Shown here: positions 30,719 through 47,799 of the stretch, piece after piece
How positions within the stretch are numbered: position 1 is the stretch's first letter
How the letters are laid out: every line of letters starts with the position of its first letter
Origin: the human T2T-CHM13v2.0 reference genome, Homo sapiens
Length of the DNA: 64,000 nt
Strand: one strand, 5' to 3'
NCBI RefSeq assembly: GCF_009914755.1
Contig: NC_060934.1
Translations under genes and position numbers: made by a program
Notes under the pieces: model-generated
What the model was told of the DNA's origin: nothing
The model's input: the letters and a program-made list of their open reading frames with translations, nothing else
Databases searched by the model: none

Positions 30719-31396
30719 ATCCCAAAGACAAAATACCATGCATGTTAAATTTCAATAGCCTACTGAAAGATATAACCCACTTAATAAAAATAGATATATG
30801 TTCCAGTTTTCTTACAAGTGATTATATATAGTGGTATATGATTCCAAATTTAAAATATTCCTAACTATATGTATTATTATAATTTATCTAAGCTCATAAT
30901 GTTATGATATATATGTATACACACATGTGCTTGTTTTTGTATGAGAATATATATATATGTTGTTGCTATTTATATTAGGAACATATTATATGTTACTTAC
31001 CTTTAAAAACACATATAAGAACGCTTTTTTAAAATTCAAGTTCTCAGTTTTTTTGCATCAAAGGACAATAGTATAATTTTACAAGCATATTGACTATTTT
31101 ATAATAGCAGTAACATAGTAAGGAGGTATATATAATAAATATGTAACATATATTACATGTAATTATATCTCAATAATACATACTACAACAACAGAAGTTA
31201 GGGACAAATTAATCTTATAACTGAATTTTCAGAGGAATCTTGTAAACAGCAGAGAGAAGTTTTAGGAGAAAATTTTAAGGAAAAAGAGTATAAGAACTTT
31301 AGAAAGATTTGAAAAGAAACAATAAATAAAACAAAAGGAGAGGATGATAGATAAGAACATGTATTTTTGTAAAGATGCATTGAAAGAGTAAAGCCA

Positions 31397-31449
31397 AGTG
31401 GCTTTGCTGTTGCATGTGGCTTTGCTGTTAAATGTGGCTTTGGCTTTGA
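31397..31449. repeat. 18-bp tandem repeat, about 2.5 copies
   Basis: gtggctttgctgttgcat / gtggctttgctgttaaat / gtggctttg. Confidence 0.8.
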
Positions 31450-31883
31450 CATTTAAGTAAAGAGTTAATATCAGCATCTTTGAGCCAGTACTTTAAGTAG
31501 TACTGTGTGTGTGTGGGTGAAGCCAAGGCTATTTTGGATTATTTTTGTTATTTATTTAATATCTTACTTTTACCATCTCTCTTATACCCTACCAGTCAGT
31601 GAAGATGGTGAGAGCTAACATTATTTAGGAGCATGCATTTGAGACAATTATCCATTATTGTAGTAACTGTTTATAAGAAACATGCTACTCATCAATTTTT
31701 TTCATGTAAATTGAATCTATAATTTTTTATCACAATTAAATAACTGATTATTGGGGAAAGTAATAAATGTGGCTTAGGTGTTATAAACACAATGTTCTCA
31801 TCTCACTAAAAAACTGTTTAAATTTTTTTGTTTCCTTGATTTTTGTTTTTACTGAGATTTATTAGAGAATTCAAATAACATGA

Positions 31884-32281
31884 TGTCTTAGTCTGTCAGT
31901 GCTGCTGTAACAAAACAACTTAGACTGGGTAATTTACAAGGAATAGAAATTTATTTCTTCCAGTTCTGGAGGCTGGAAAGTCCAAGATTAAGATTCCAGC
32001 ATTGCAGTTGGGTGAGGGTTGCTCTCTGCTTCCAAAATGGCACCTTACTTGATAAAAGGCAGAAGGGCATTCTTACCTGATAAAAGGCAGAAGGGCAAGA
32101 GTGAGAACCTTTCAACCTCAAGACATTTTATAAGGGCACTAATCCTATTCATGAGGGTGGAGCCTTCATAACTTAACCACTTTCCAAAGGCTTTGCCGCT
32201 CAATATTGTTGCATTGAGTATTGAATTTCAACGAATTTCAACATGAATTTCAGAGGGAACACCATTATTCAAATCATAGCA
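31884..32281 (-). mobile_element. MSTC/MSTD-like MaLR LTR with an internal ~27-bp tandem duplication (32044-32098)
   Basis: tgtcttagtc...ttctggaggctggaaagtccaagat...tcatagca; TSD catga/catgg. Confidence 0.85.
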
Positions 32282-33661
32282 CATGGGTAAAATCATGTAG
32301 TTCTCCCTTTTTTTTAAAAAAATAGTCTTTTTAAAAATGTCCCATAGCAGACACACAAAGCCTCCTTGAAGGGATGAGTCACATAGAACACACATTTGCT
32401 TCAACAGATGACACGTGGTTTAGTACCTACTGCATTTTTTTGGGGTGGGGGAACAGGCTAATTTTTAATCACGAAGAAGCTAGATACACTATATATTACT
32501 CACTGACAAATATATGAACTCCCTTTCCAGCCTTTCTTTGAGCAATTGCACTTAGGAACTCCTAATTATACAGTATATCAGCTAAGAGATATGAGATGAC
32601 AACTTAAAGGCTTTCTTTCAAATTATGACTTCCATTTATTTTTAAGCAATATTATTTATTATAGAATCGCAGACATTCACAGCACTTTGTACTTCTTAGA
32701 ATGGAGGGAGAGTCCCAAAGACCTTAACATCAGAAAACTTTAACTATTATCTATCAGTCAAGCAAATGGAAGTTCTAGTAGGTGGAAAAGGAGTATAAGA
32801 CATGGCAAAATTAGAGAATAGTGACTACACAGGAAAAAAAATGGACTATAAAGACAATTTGAAAGATGTGAAAGCCAATATTTCATGTATGCTAAGAAAA
32901 AAGGATGAAAATGTTTTCTCAGAAAAAGAAGAAAGTGTAGTAGATGGCAAATAGAGCAGTCAGGAAATAGATTGCAGAGCATATGGTAATATATACAGAG
33001 AAATGGAAAGTTTAACCATTGGTTTCCAAGTACAGAGTTCACTATTTTGGTCTTTTCATTCTGATTATCTCATTTACCAACATGATACTTTTTAGTGTCC
33101 TTTATTTGGAAATAATAGTTTTAATTCAGTATTTCTAGACCTTTTTAATGTTCTAAATGTTAGAAATATGTTAATTAACAAAAGCATTATGTATTATTTA
33201 TTACAAAGGTAATAAAATATTTTAAAGTCTCTGAAGTACACTTTTTGTTGTCATCTATCTTTCCCTAAGCGTGAAAACACCATTTCCTTTAGAATCAGCT
33301 CTATCTGAGTTATCTGAGCTATATGGTTGGGTTACTTAATACGGTTGGGTTACTTAATCTCCTTGGATCCTATTTTTCCAATTTTAAATGTGAATACTAA
33401 TACCAACATGTGAATATTAATTAAGATAATATATATTCCTAGGGAAGAGGAGAGGGCCAGGAAATTCGATCTCGCAGCTGCCCTTTTCCTGTCACGTAAC
33501 AGGGCTATTGATTGTGATACTTGTACTTAAGGCTGATAATACTCCAGAAAAATCTTTATAGCTTTCTAGAAGTTAATCTCCAATAAAAAGCCTAGAAACT
33601 GCTTTATATCCAAGTACTGGGATTCCTACACAAGGGAGTTAACTTGTTTTACTTCTGCTAA

Positions 33662-35944
<2,283 letters not shown>

Positions 35945-36189
35945 TTTAAAGTATATTTTCACTGAGTTTCCTAAAGAAAAGCCAGCATGTGAATTTTGCT
36001 TCTTTATCCCTATGTTTTATCACAACCTTCTGATGTTGTTTACCTGTGTTAACTTTTCCAGCATTGACTTTTAGAGAAAAACATGAACCTGGAGGTGCTA
36101 TCAGTTCTGTCATGATCATTGCATCATTGGATAGAAATAATTGAGCTTTTTCCTCCAGAAAAAAAACAAACTAAACAAAAAAACAAAAA

Positions 36190-36577
36190 CAAAAACCCTA
36201 TATGCTTGAGTTATGGCAGACTCTACAAGTTAGCTGCTGTTATGCTCCTTTCCAAATCTGTTTCATTTAGCTACACTTTGGCTACTTTTGGATGCTGTTA
36301 GCCAGTGGATAGAAGGAGGATTTCTGATTCAGTTTTTCTAGAAAATCTGCTCCCTTGACACAGACACTACTGCCCTTTCACATTCTTTCTTCCTGCTGTA
36401 TGTATCCGTATTGACAGAAGCAATGAGGCATCAGCACTGACAACTCAGAACCCTTTAATTAGTTCCAACAACTACCTTGTTATATACTTGTTATGACAGA
36501 CAAGAAAAAAAATATTTATTGAAGTTTGTGTAAATGCTGTTCTGTTACCTGCAGCTAAAAGCATCCTATCTTGTGCA
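36190..36577 (+). mobile_element. Old MLT1 (K/L-like) LTR fragment
   Basis: acttgttatg...ttctgttacctgcagctaaaagcatccta terminus. Confidence 0.5.
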
Positions 36578-36580
36578 CTT

Positions 36581-36923
36581 TGTAGGTTAGTCTGTTTGGT
36601 CTTCTATAACAAATTATTCTAAACTGGGTAACTTATAAACAAAAATTTCCCCACAGTTCTGGAGACAGGGAACTCCAAGGTCAGTGTGTCATCCTGGTCA
36701 GGTTCTGGCAAGGGCCTCTTTCCTTCACAGATGAAAGTGGTCTCTCTGCAACCTCACATGGCAGAGGGGTCGATCTAGCTCCCAGGATCTCTTTTATAAG
36801 GGTACTAATTCCATATAAAGGTAGTAATTACTTCCCAAAGCCCCTACCTCTTAATACCATCACGTTGGGGATTATATTTTAACATATGAATTTTGGGAGA
36901 ACATAGATATTTAGGCAATATCA
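36581..36923 (-). mobile_element. MLT1A-like MaLR LTR
   Basis: aaactgggtaacttataaac...cacagttctggagac...cttaataccatcacgttgggg...aacatatgaattttggg. Confidence 0.85.
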
Positions 36924-39466
36924 CTTGGTTAGGCCATTTTTTCTTTCTAGCTATGAGTGTCCTCACATAGAAAGGTACAGATCAGATAGATCATGGAGTA
37001 CGTCTATCCCCAAGGATCTTGATTCTCATTCCATTGTGTTAGCCCCGATCAGGTTATGAGGACTCACTTGGAATTGAAAAGATGATGGCGATCCAAAAAT
37101 GAATTTTAGTTTCAATTTTGCGAATTGCATCCATCTCTGATCATAGCCAAATTTGATAAATTGTTTCTTTTAAATCAGATTTGCTGAGAATTAAATGAGG
37201 ATAATTATTTTAACTTTCCTAACATGCTTCCCTCAGTAGTACATCTCATGAATTTATCTTCATGTGTGAGGTAGTGGAAAGAAATGCTTGAAAATGAAGA
37301 AAATAAGTTTAAACAGTATATATGTAAAATTAATAAAAATTTGTTCAATGTCTCCAGGTCTGAGTGACTTTATTTTTTGTAGTTAATCATGGAAGTTAAC
37401 AAAAAAAAAAAAAAAAAAAAAAAAAAAGCAGGGGCTGCTAAAATAACCTTGCTTGCTTGATTATAGAAAATATGGCAGAGAACTTTCTATGTGATATCTT
37501 GGCTATAATAATTAGGTATCTGCAACTCTGCTGTGTTTATTACAAAGGGAATATGATTATGGATTTATTGGAGTGAGAAATTAGACCCAAATGAAGAAAG
37601 AAGACATTGTATTGAATTTGTAGCATTGACCTCGTTAAGGTGAAAAATATGAATTCTTAATTGGGTCCTTTTGGCTAAACACCAGAAAAAGCTGTAATGT
37701 GAAAAAATATATAAGGGAAAGTGTAGAGGAGATACAAGGACTTATCTATGAAAGGCAGATATCTAAGGCAAAAGCAAAACACTGTGTCATGTTCCAAGTT
37801 GGAGATTAAATATGGGCGTAAAAATGATTGACAAAGTTGATGTGAAATACACAGCATGTTAAAAAAATAAAGACCAAATCAATCAAGATGCTGAAACAAG
37901 TCAACAACTCATTAATCTAGACTCATTGTATTTGGACTAAACTTGGCTGATGCTCAAATTGCAGACAAACTCCATCCTCCTATATCCAACATCATGTATG
38001 CCTGTCTCCCCACTGATGTCTGTGTGTATCTGAGGGAAACACACACCACAAATGCTGTCTTCTGGGGTAAGAGTCAGCTCCAAAGCATTTTTTGACAAAC
38101 CATTTTTTTGGAGTTATAGTTTTGAGGTTTTTTTGAGTATCATAGTTTGAATTTCATCATTCTGCCTCTCTTTGTATATCTCTTGGTCCTAAGGTAGGCA
38201 TCTAGGTTACTCTGTAGTTGTGAAGTGGTAATTCTAAAACCTCTCTCATAATAGAATTCTTACAATGGATATATATGAGCCTTTTTGGGGAGAAGTAGGG
38301 GGAGTTTGAGTGTGAGAAATATAGAGAAACTCAGAAGACAGTGATGTGATGTAGAATCATGACATAAAGAGAAACTGCAGTAAGCAGAACCCATGATTAA
38401 ATAGAAGTTGTGGTGTAGGAGAAAAGAACTATAAGTGAAGCAGAAAGTGGCTGAGTCACTATCATGGTGACTCATTAGATTTAGCTTTTATCTAGAATGG
38501 CATTTCAATTTCTATGTGGTATGACTGTACAATTATTGACAGAGATTCTTGTCTTCTTTACTTACTCGTGCATATTTTATTCAGGGAAACATTGTTTCCC
38601 TGAATATATCAGCTCAAATGTGCTTTCACAACCTGAAAAATTCTTAAAAATACAGTCTATAAGCACACATTCTCATATTCTGATCTGTGTGTAAAATTTT
38701 ACTGATGCTGAACAGTACTGAGGTCAAACCCTAGGCAAAACAGCTTTGCTAAGGTATGAAACCGAGCTACCTGTTTTTGATATTTGTTGCTTGTTTTATT
38801 TGGTTGGTTGGTGGAAAGTCTTATTTGCTTGTCTATCTTTTAAATAATATTCTATGTGAAACTCTACAAAGTCATGATATTTTTACTGTATTTGAAACAA
38901 AATATAATCAAGACTTGATTAATAACATGGATTCCTCACTCTAGGTTGACAAAGCTAGTATTATAAGAGAATTCAAATGCAAAGTTTCACTATAGCAGGT
39001 AATATAATGTCCCTTAGGTCTGTCATCCTATATCATCCTCTAAATGTAATTCCCTTCTGTTATCTGTTTCTACTACACTCTTACCCTAAGCTGCATCCTA
39101 TCTCCTCCCTTTGGATTTAATTTTTCACTATAGGCTTCTTTTGCCAACCCATTCCACTGAGCCATCTGGAACCCCAGCGTACCATTGAAAACAAAGCAAA
39201 ACGACACAAAATTACATGGCATCAGTATATTCACTGAATGTTCTCTACTCTTTGCCTTAAATAATATCTGCTTCTATTTCAAGGGTACCAGGATCCTTAT
39301 AAACATATCAAGTGATCGAAGAAGGTTTACTCTTCCATTCTGTATATACAGAGAAATCAGGAATGATGAGGAAGGGAAGGGAGAATGGCAATTTCAACTT
39401 CTTTCTGGTTACTCTTACTTTTGCAAAATAACTCCCTTTCACACTCACTCAAAGACCCTTTCTTTG

Positions 39467-39579
39467 TAAGGTGATCAACTATCACTGTTTCCCTGGAACT
39501 GTCTCAATTTTAACACTGAAAGTTTTGTGCCCTGGAGCACCCCTCAGTTACATATAAATCAGGAGAGATGGTCACCCTA
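39467..39579. mobile_element. MER81-like hAT-Blackjack MITE
   Basis: TIRs taaggtgatc...ggtcacccta; ttttaacactgaaagt core. Confidence 0.7.
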
Positions 39580-39789
39580 GACCTGAGGTAATATCACCTC
39601 ACATCCCTCCTGTGTTTCTAATTCGCGCTCTGATGGAACCACATGGTCAAACATGGCTTCTATTTCTACTGCTTGACGGAAACTACTAAAAGTTTGAAAG
39701 TCTCCCTATTTGATGAAGTGCTCTCTTTTCTTGTGCCTTGAGACAAAATTCACTAAGGATTTTTTTTCTGCCATTCCAGAAACTTCTCA

Positions 39790-40260
39790 AGTATTTCAGG
39801 ATCTCTCACGCCAATGATATTTTAATGTTGGTGTTCCTCATGGGCCTTGCTCTTTATTCCTTATTCTACTCACTCTCTATGTTCTTCATGGATGGACTTA
39901 TTTAATTCCATTGGCTTTAATTATCAATTATATCTAATGATCCTTAAATCGATCTCACATTTGAGCTCCCCCATTTATCTGTTTCCTGTTGGAGATTTCC
40001 ACTAGAAGTTCCACATTCACCTCAATATGTCTCTAACTGAATCATAATCTTTCTCCTGCTCTTCTATTTCTTATTTTGGTAAAAACCACGAGTATACACC
40101 CAGGGACTTAAGAAAACTGTTACTCATTCCATTAATCTCCCTTATAGCTCCCATCTCCACCCTCCTATCCCAGACACAGTGTCCAGTTTTAAATATTCTA
40201 CATTAATACATTTTATATGAACTCTTATTTATATAATTTATCAACCAATCTCCATTTGAA
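39790..40260 (+). mobile_element. L2 fragment
   Basis: ttaatgttggtgttcctca...tggctttaattatca...ctcaatatgtctctaactgaa. Confidence 0.55.
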
Positions 40261-40324
40261 AGTGAAAGAGTAGGCTAATCAAACAGAATGTTGAGACAAC
40301 AGGGGATAACCAAGATCATTTCTG

Positions 40325-40750
40325 GTCTTTGCTTTGGGGTTTTCCAGAAGGAGGTGAGTGGGAGCGGGGGGGCGGGTGGGTGACAGAGAAGGAAATTTAT
40401 TTTAAGGAATTGACTCACACAACTTGGGGAGACTGGCAAATCAAAAATCTGCAGGGCAGGCTGGCAGGCTGGAGATCCAGGATAAATTGATGTTGCATTC
40501 TCAAATCCTAAGGGCTTCTGAAGGCAGAATTCTTTCCTACTTGGAAAACTGCAGCTGTTTCTTAAGGCCTTCAACTGATTGTATGAGGCCTATTCATATT
40601 ATGAGGAGCCATCTGCTTTACTCAAAATCTATTGAGTTTAATGTTAATTGCATCTAAAAAATACCTTTACAGCAACGTCTAGACTGGCATTTGACCAAAT
40701 ATCTGGGAACCATAGTCTAGCCAAGATGACACATAAAATTAACCATCACA
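40325..40750 (-). mobile_element. MLT2D-like ERVL solo LTR
   Basis: aaggaattgactcac...aaggccttcaactgattg...gacacataaaattaaccatcaca. Confidence 0.88.
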
Positions 40751-42639
40751 GCCTTGCTTAAAACTCTCTCAGCTTCAGTATATATTATCCCTCCCCCTTG
40801 TAGACTAGCAGTTACGGAATGAGTTATTCTATTTAATATGTCCTTGTTTTTACCATACACAACTATCTCATGCTCTAGGATGTCTTCCCTATCATCTCTG
40901 AAGATCATTGCACTGTTTATTTCAGGTTCTTGCGGCCTGTTATACAGATCTCGGGCATATTAATATAATTCTGTTTGTCGCTATCTCAGTAGACTCTATT
41001 CTATATTGCTTGAGGACAGGTACCAGATCTTATTCAAATTTATATCATTTAGCCTTAGGACAGTGCCTGTCATATAGTCAATATTGATAAATAAACTTTT
41101 TTTTGTGTGCTCCTACCATTGTGAATCATTGTACTAGTTACTGGTGTAATGAAAATAAAAATATAAATATTACTTGAAAGAGCATGCAGCATAATTAGGG
41201 AGCTGTGCATATAAATAAATGATTTATGCCTCATAAAACAGGAGCTTGTACTGCCCACTGTTATGTCATAGAGTAGCATGTGCATGAAAGAATATCAGAA
41301 GCTGAATCATTATCCACCTAGAAAGGAAAGGTTTTTGTTTGTTTGTTTTAGTTCATTTGTTTGTTAGCATATTTTGCTTCATTCCTCTGGTAACAAGATT
41401 CTGTTTTATTTTCACACTGATTTGTTGAGAAAAAATACAAATTGTTCCAAGATTCATTTCCTCTGTCTGCTAATGGGAATAGTAACTAAAGTGTAGTAAA
41501 ACTACAGCACAACAAAAATGAAGAAAGAAAAATATTTTCAATTATGTAAACATTGACTTAATAAATAGCAAACTTTCTTCTTGTGACACTTTCAGGCAGA
41601 ATAAATACATTCAGTGTCTGACAACAGGGAAAGACATTTATAAGATTAGAAGTGATTTTCTGGATTAATAGTGACTTTTGGGTCCTCTGAAGCCCATCTC
41701 TCTGTCTCCAGATGGAGTTATACTTTAACCTTCCTGGACAGGTGGCTATCAGTACTCCATCCTCAGGGAGGGTTCTCCTAGTGTTATTAACAACTGTCAT
41801 TCAACTTGACCTAAGCTCTCAAGTAGAACTACCACATGCTGACTCCAGCTTATTTATATAGTGTTTTTTCAATTGTCTTAATGAGAAAAATAGGATTCTT
41901 AGCTGTGAATTTTCAGTGACAGAACTGAGCTCTGTAAGCCTAAAAACAAATTCTACAGCTTCAATTTGATTTCAGTTTTCTTCCATGTAACACAGAAAAA
42001 CTGTTAATCTCCTTTTTTGTATTAAGATATTTTCAAATTATATAGCAAAATTAAAATAACAGAATGTCTATTTTATAATATTATCTCAGGTTTAATTCAG
42101 ATTTCACTGCCAAGTGTTGCCTTTTAGAAAACCACAGAATACTAAATGATGATAATCCATTAAGTTGTTAGAAGTATTTTAAAAATAAACTTGTATTGAA
42201 TACATACTATCACTCTTAGTACCCTATCACCCATTGAGAAAAGGGCTTTAACTATTTTTTTCCTTGGTTCCAAGGATTATTTACTTATAACAACAACACC
42301 AAAATTGTTATAGTTTATCCACTGGGGAAAAAACAAATAATACACATATTATTGGTTATTTTTAGAAGAAAATTTAAAGAAGATTTACAGATAGCAATCT
42401 GTGGGAGAAATGGAAGATGACATAGTTTGAAATAGAATAGACACATTTGAATTCCAAAGACAGCACATTCTATTTCATTAAAAGCATTGAAATTGATGGT
42501 GCAAGTGCAGTAAAAACTCAATTAACTGATAACTGACTTGTCTGAAATTTCAATTAGCCATATCTCCCCCATATTTGATTTTTAGAAAATAATGAAAAAT
42601 GAGGGAGAAGAGTTCCTCACAGATATAAACTTAAACACC

Positions 42640-43340
42640 TTTAGTCATGCCAGTTTTCCCATTCAAACCTCTTCAGTAAGTCTCCTTGACTTTTCAATTT
42701 CTTCTTCCCAATAACCTGCACCTTTCTAATTTCTACCTGCAACTAGAGTTATCTTGTGAAGTAGAAATCTCTATCTCCATTTCAGTTACACATTTGAAGA
42801 TTGAACAATCTTCTTAGATACCTGACAGAGTTTCTTGCCATGACCTATACAGCTCCTTCATGGCCAGCACCCCACTTTTCTCTCCATCATTATCTTAAAC
42901 CACATTTCACCTTGCCTTCCCCTCTAGCTGCTCCTGCCTCTGCCATCTCGGCATTATATTCATGCTCACTCCCACTGCAGAAGTATTTTTTCTTCTGGAA
43001 ATCTCTTAGCCTAGTGAATACCTATACATTATACACTAAGAGGAATAAATCTGATACATGGGTAGATTCCAGCTTAATCTACACGTCCTTAAGGAAACCT
43101 TCACCAACATCCTCACGCAACGAAACCCATATTATCTGTTCTCCCAGCACATATTTCTCCTTCATAATTATTATAGTTATAATTTCACGAATACTTTGTG
43201 ATTATTTAATTAAATATGGATTTCTCATTCATTAACCCTTAAAAGGCATCCATATGTGTTTTTGTTTGTGATATTGTTTCCAGTCCTTAGCACACTATTT
43301 GGTACATAGTGAGTTCCATTAAAATTTGTTGAATGAATAC
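42640..43340 (+). mobile_element. L2 3' fragment
   Basis: Ends cttagcacactatttggtacatagtgag...aaatttgttgaatgaat. Confidence 0.6.
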
Positions 43341-44092
43341 CAGTACAGATTTCTTATAAAGAGAAAGTAAAGTCTTCAGAAATCACTTAGTACTCTTGTT
43401 GTGAGGTGTTTTGATTTCAGATACATTCATGCTATTTGAGACCACGTTGGAAGCCCCTCACAATGCTCCCACTCAAACCTACTTACGGGAGTGACTTTCA
43501 TGCACTGTCAGTAAAGTCAGACAATTTCTCCTGCCAAGTCAAGTAGTATTTGATAGAGAAGAAAAATGAGTGACACTTAGGGAAGTCTATGATTTTATAA
43601 TTTATGAGTGGCAAAGAGAACCTAGAAATGGATTGCTTTCACAGGGAATTCTGGGAGGCCCCAGGATAAAGAGTAAAAGGAAATAGTATGGTGGGTAAGG
43701 TTAAGGGAAGCAGTGGTGAGAGGTAAATATGAAAGAAAAGAAGATGAAACAGAGTGTGACCCTGGAACCATAAATCAAACACCACTGCCTGATGCCTCCT
43801 TCCCCCTTCCCCCACCACTCCAGACACACACATATAGACACAAATGTAGAAATCAATGTAGATACATATGTATTGAAAAACACAATGAAAAACGTTTAAT
43901 TGATCTTAAGAAAATTTTGGAATATATGTCCTGCAGTGTGGCTTATGACAAGATCATTAAAATAGATTGATTTATTTCCTGTTTTTTAGCATTTACTTTT
44001 GTTCAATAGAGGCATGGATTAAAGATACAAAATAAACTCTTTGACATAAATTTTTGTAACTTTTCTAAGCTTATTATTTTCTAAAATATATA

Positions 44093-44368
44093 CAGTCATC
44101 CCTTGGTATCCGCAGGGGATTAATTCCTGGACTGCCTCGGACACCAAAATCCTTGCAAACTGCATTCTTGTAGTCCTCCCTGTAAAATCTGCACATATGA
44201 AAAGTCAGTCTTTAGGGTTTCACATTCTGAGAATACCTTTATTTTCCATCTGCTGTTGGTGGCAGACATGGAATCACCCATTCAAAGGGCCTGACTGTAT
44301 TTACTGAAAAAAATACATGAATAAGTGGGTTCCTTCAGTCAAACCTGTGCTGTTCAAGGCGCAACCTG
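44093..44368. mobile_element. MER8-like Tigger MITE
   Basis: TA-flanked cagtcatcccttggtatccgcagggga...gaaaaaaatacatgaataagtgg...tgttcaagg...ctg. Confidence 0.7.
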
Positions 44369-46041
44369 TATTTTAAATCTGAATACTAAGAAATATGTAA
44401 TTATATATTTTTAAAAGCTTGCATTTACTTGCAAGACTAATGTATTTTGCTCTGAGGAAAAATAGTTACTAGTGTGAAAATCAGATTAATATATATGAAG
44501 TTTCAGAGCTATGAGATACTTTTGTGACCATTTATTCATTCATTTTTACTACTCCAGTAGTATTTATGGCTGGTCAGCCTTATAGCTGATAGAAAATAGA
44601 TAAAGATTATGTCCTTAGGGAGTATCTGCATATGAATTGAAATGTTCTAAATTGCTAGCTGGAACATAGTAAATACTTTAAGAGTTATGTCTCTGGCAGT
44701 TCAGAGCAAGGGTGTCTTCATCTAACAGAGAAGATCAGAAAAGTTTCACTGAATTAATTAACTGGCCCTTCCTTGAAGAGTGAGCATGATCAACAAATGC
44801 AAAAATGAATTGTCAATGGATTTTTTTATGGTAGCAGAATTCTTTCTTCAAATGAAATAGTTTGTGGGACTCTAGGAAATAAAATGGAAAAGTGCATTTG
44901 GAACAGAGGTAGATGGTTGAAAAATCCCACTACAGGCTATATTCTCCCAGACATTTCCACAAAATATAGATCGACCTCATCTGAGCACCACTTTTGCATG
45001 CAAAAGGAAGCTTGAGAATAAGTGTTTTACTGGTGATCATATAGCCATATAAGAGGTGACAGCTATTTAACAGCAAAATAAGTGGTAGAACATAGGTCCC
45101 CTGACTTCTGCTTAGGATGAAAGGTATTGAAAAACGAGTAGGGTTCATAAATCAGATATTTGGTGTAACTCTCGGCTCTGCCATTTGCTGGCTGTATGCT
45201 CTTGAGCACCACATGTAACATCTCAGAATTCAGTGTCCTCATCTGAAAAAATCAAGTATTATCCAGTACTGCTTGAAAGCATCTGATATATATCCTGGAA
45301 CATAGTAGGAACCTAAAAATTGTTGTAAAAGACCCCTGGATTCATCTAATTCTTCCACATGTGAACACTAACACCAGCAAACTTTTCTTAAAATGATTGC
45401 AGGCACTGTATATTAATTAGCTAACTAACACGTTTCACCCTGTTATATCAATTCAGTTTGGCAAGGTCACCACAGTTTGCACTATTACTGGTGTTGTGCT
45501 ATTATTTAAATATTGTGTTAAATCTTGTCTTTTTTTTTTTTAAGGATGAAATTGGTTAAAGATTGAGGAGACTTGAAACTAATGCCAGTACAAGAGGAAG
45601 CTGGCTTGGAATCATTGGGCATGCTAAAAGTAGTGATTTGCTGGTCTTAAACCAACACTCACAAATACAAAACTGGTCATATGTTCAATTAAAAATAACT
45701 ACGAAATGCTAGAAAAATGATTTAAAAGAGAATATATCAAAGTAAGCTGAAAGAATGCAGAAATGGAGAAATCTTTAAAAATACGTGAAAAATTATCAGA
45801 AAAAAAAATCTAGTTATCCAAATGCAAAAGATAAGATACCCATATATACAGAATGGTTGTTCAGATAGCTTTACACAGATTTCTCTGCATAAGAAATAAC
45901 CCTCATTTTCATATTTTCTTGACAATTTTCCCAAAATAAAAATACGATTCAATCAAATCTCTCCTCAAAATTCTTCTAAAAATATTGTTTTCAGTTCTTA
46001 CATAAAATAATAAGAATATATGTCTATAAAAATTAAAGTCC

Positions 46042-46335
<294 letters not shown>

Positions 46336-47799
46336 TTAAAGTCCATTATTTTATTCTATGAAATATTGCTTTAAACAAACTGAAAGAACTAAAATTTGAG
46401 ATGATAGATTAATTTATAAAACTAAATATGCATTTGAGCATTTTAACTAATGTGTTTGTTGCTGACTCGGATTGAATCCACTTAAATAGCCACATACAGA
46501 GATATGCACACAAATTTATACATATACCCCCACTTGTTAGATAGGTGTTTCTTGCTCAATTTGTATAATTTCAATATTTACACATATGTCCAGGAAATCT
46601 TCAGGTATGGAAGTGGACAATAGTCTCTTTTACATCTGAAATAACCATGATTAATATGAAATCATTTAGTTACTGTACAAAATGGCATCACAACCAGTGA
46701 TCTAACAGAGCTTGGAAAGGAATGTACTTTGAACACTCTATTTATTGAATTGTGACCCACATAGAATAACTCCATGAAGACAAGTTGAATGGTTTTTTAT
46801 TCTGACAAAAAATTTATTTTGAACATGTGTTGATCCATGCTTTTCGTCAGATGCTTTGCCACCCAAGGAGATAGACAAGTAAAAGTTCTGGGACATTCAT
46901 ACCAGTAGCTTCACCTTCAGCAAGACTGAAAAAACCTTATAAAAAGTAATAACCTTAGCCAGTATTTTACCTGTTACCTGTATAAAATATAATCATTTCT
47001 TGGTGAGGTTTCAGCTGAGGAAGAATATCTCTTCACTATTATTTCTTTACACTTGATGGAACTGAGATAGAAACAAATCAGAACATCACAAAACAAAATA
47101 CAATTCTAGCCTAGGATGCAGAAATCTCTGACTACAGTCTAAAAGAGTTTCTTAGCCTTTTTTGGACTCAGTTTATCTATCTTTTATTACAAGGATATGA
47201 AGAACTGTCCAACCCTACTTTAGAGAATTGACATTAGAAATATGTGAGTTAATATGATGGGATGTTTTGAAAAATGTAAAGTCCCATAAAATTCACTTAA
47301 CATCCCTAAGTAAAACACGATAGTCTTATTTTTTCCAGCACAAAATGGGCCATCCCTAAAGAAGTGCTTTCTGTTTTAAGAGGCATGTGGACAACTACAG
47401 CGTATGCTGAGGTTAAAAATCAGAAGAATAAAAGACCTTCTAACTGAGTCACAAAAGAAGGAAATATGTGGCTGGGTAGAGTGGTTCATCATAGTTGACT
47501 ACAGGGATAGATATAGAACTAAATGAGTAGCAATTATAGGAAAGAGATTTTCCAAATGAAAAAAAAAAGAACTATATTTGAATAGAGTTATCCAAAAGTT
47601 GAGTCAACTGTTTTAACAGTTGTTGAGTTTATTGGCATACCTGGCCATTAAGCAGAGGCTATATTGCCACCTGAAAGAAAAGCAGAGAAGAATACGGAAA
47701 CCTCTGATGTGTAATCAGATTGTATAGCTGCTATGGTCCCTGCCATTCTGATTCTGAAATGTTGCTATGGAAGACCATTACTATCATTGCATTTTTCAC

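Noticed and set aside
37401-37427. Isolated A27 tract as a tail-only retroinsertion
   Set aside because: No TSD or upstream element body; slippage expansion suffices. The same applies to the A-run at 22509-22532.
42801-43235. 144-aa ORF
   Set aside because: Lies in a degenerate L2 fragment, has a non-ATG start and no recognisable domain.
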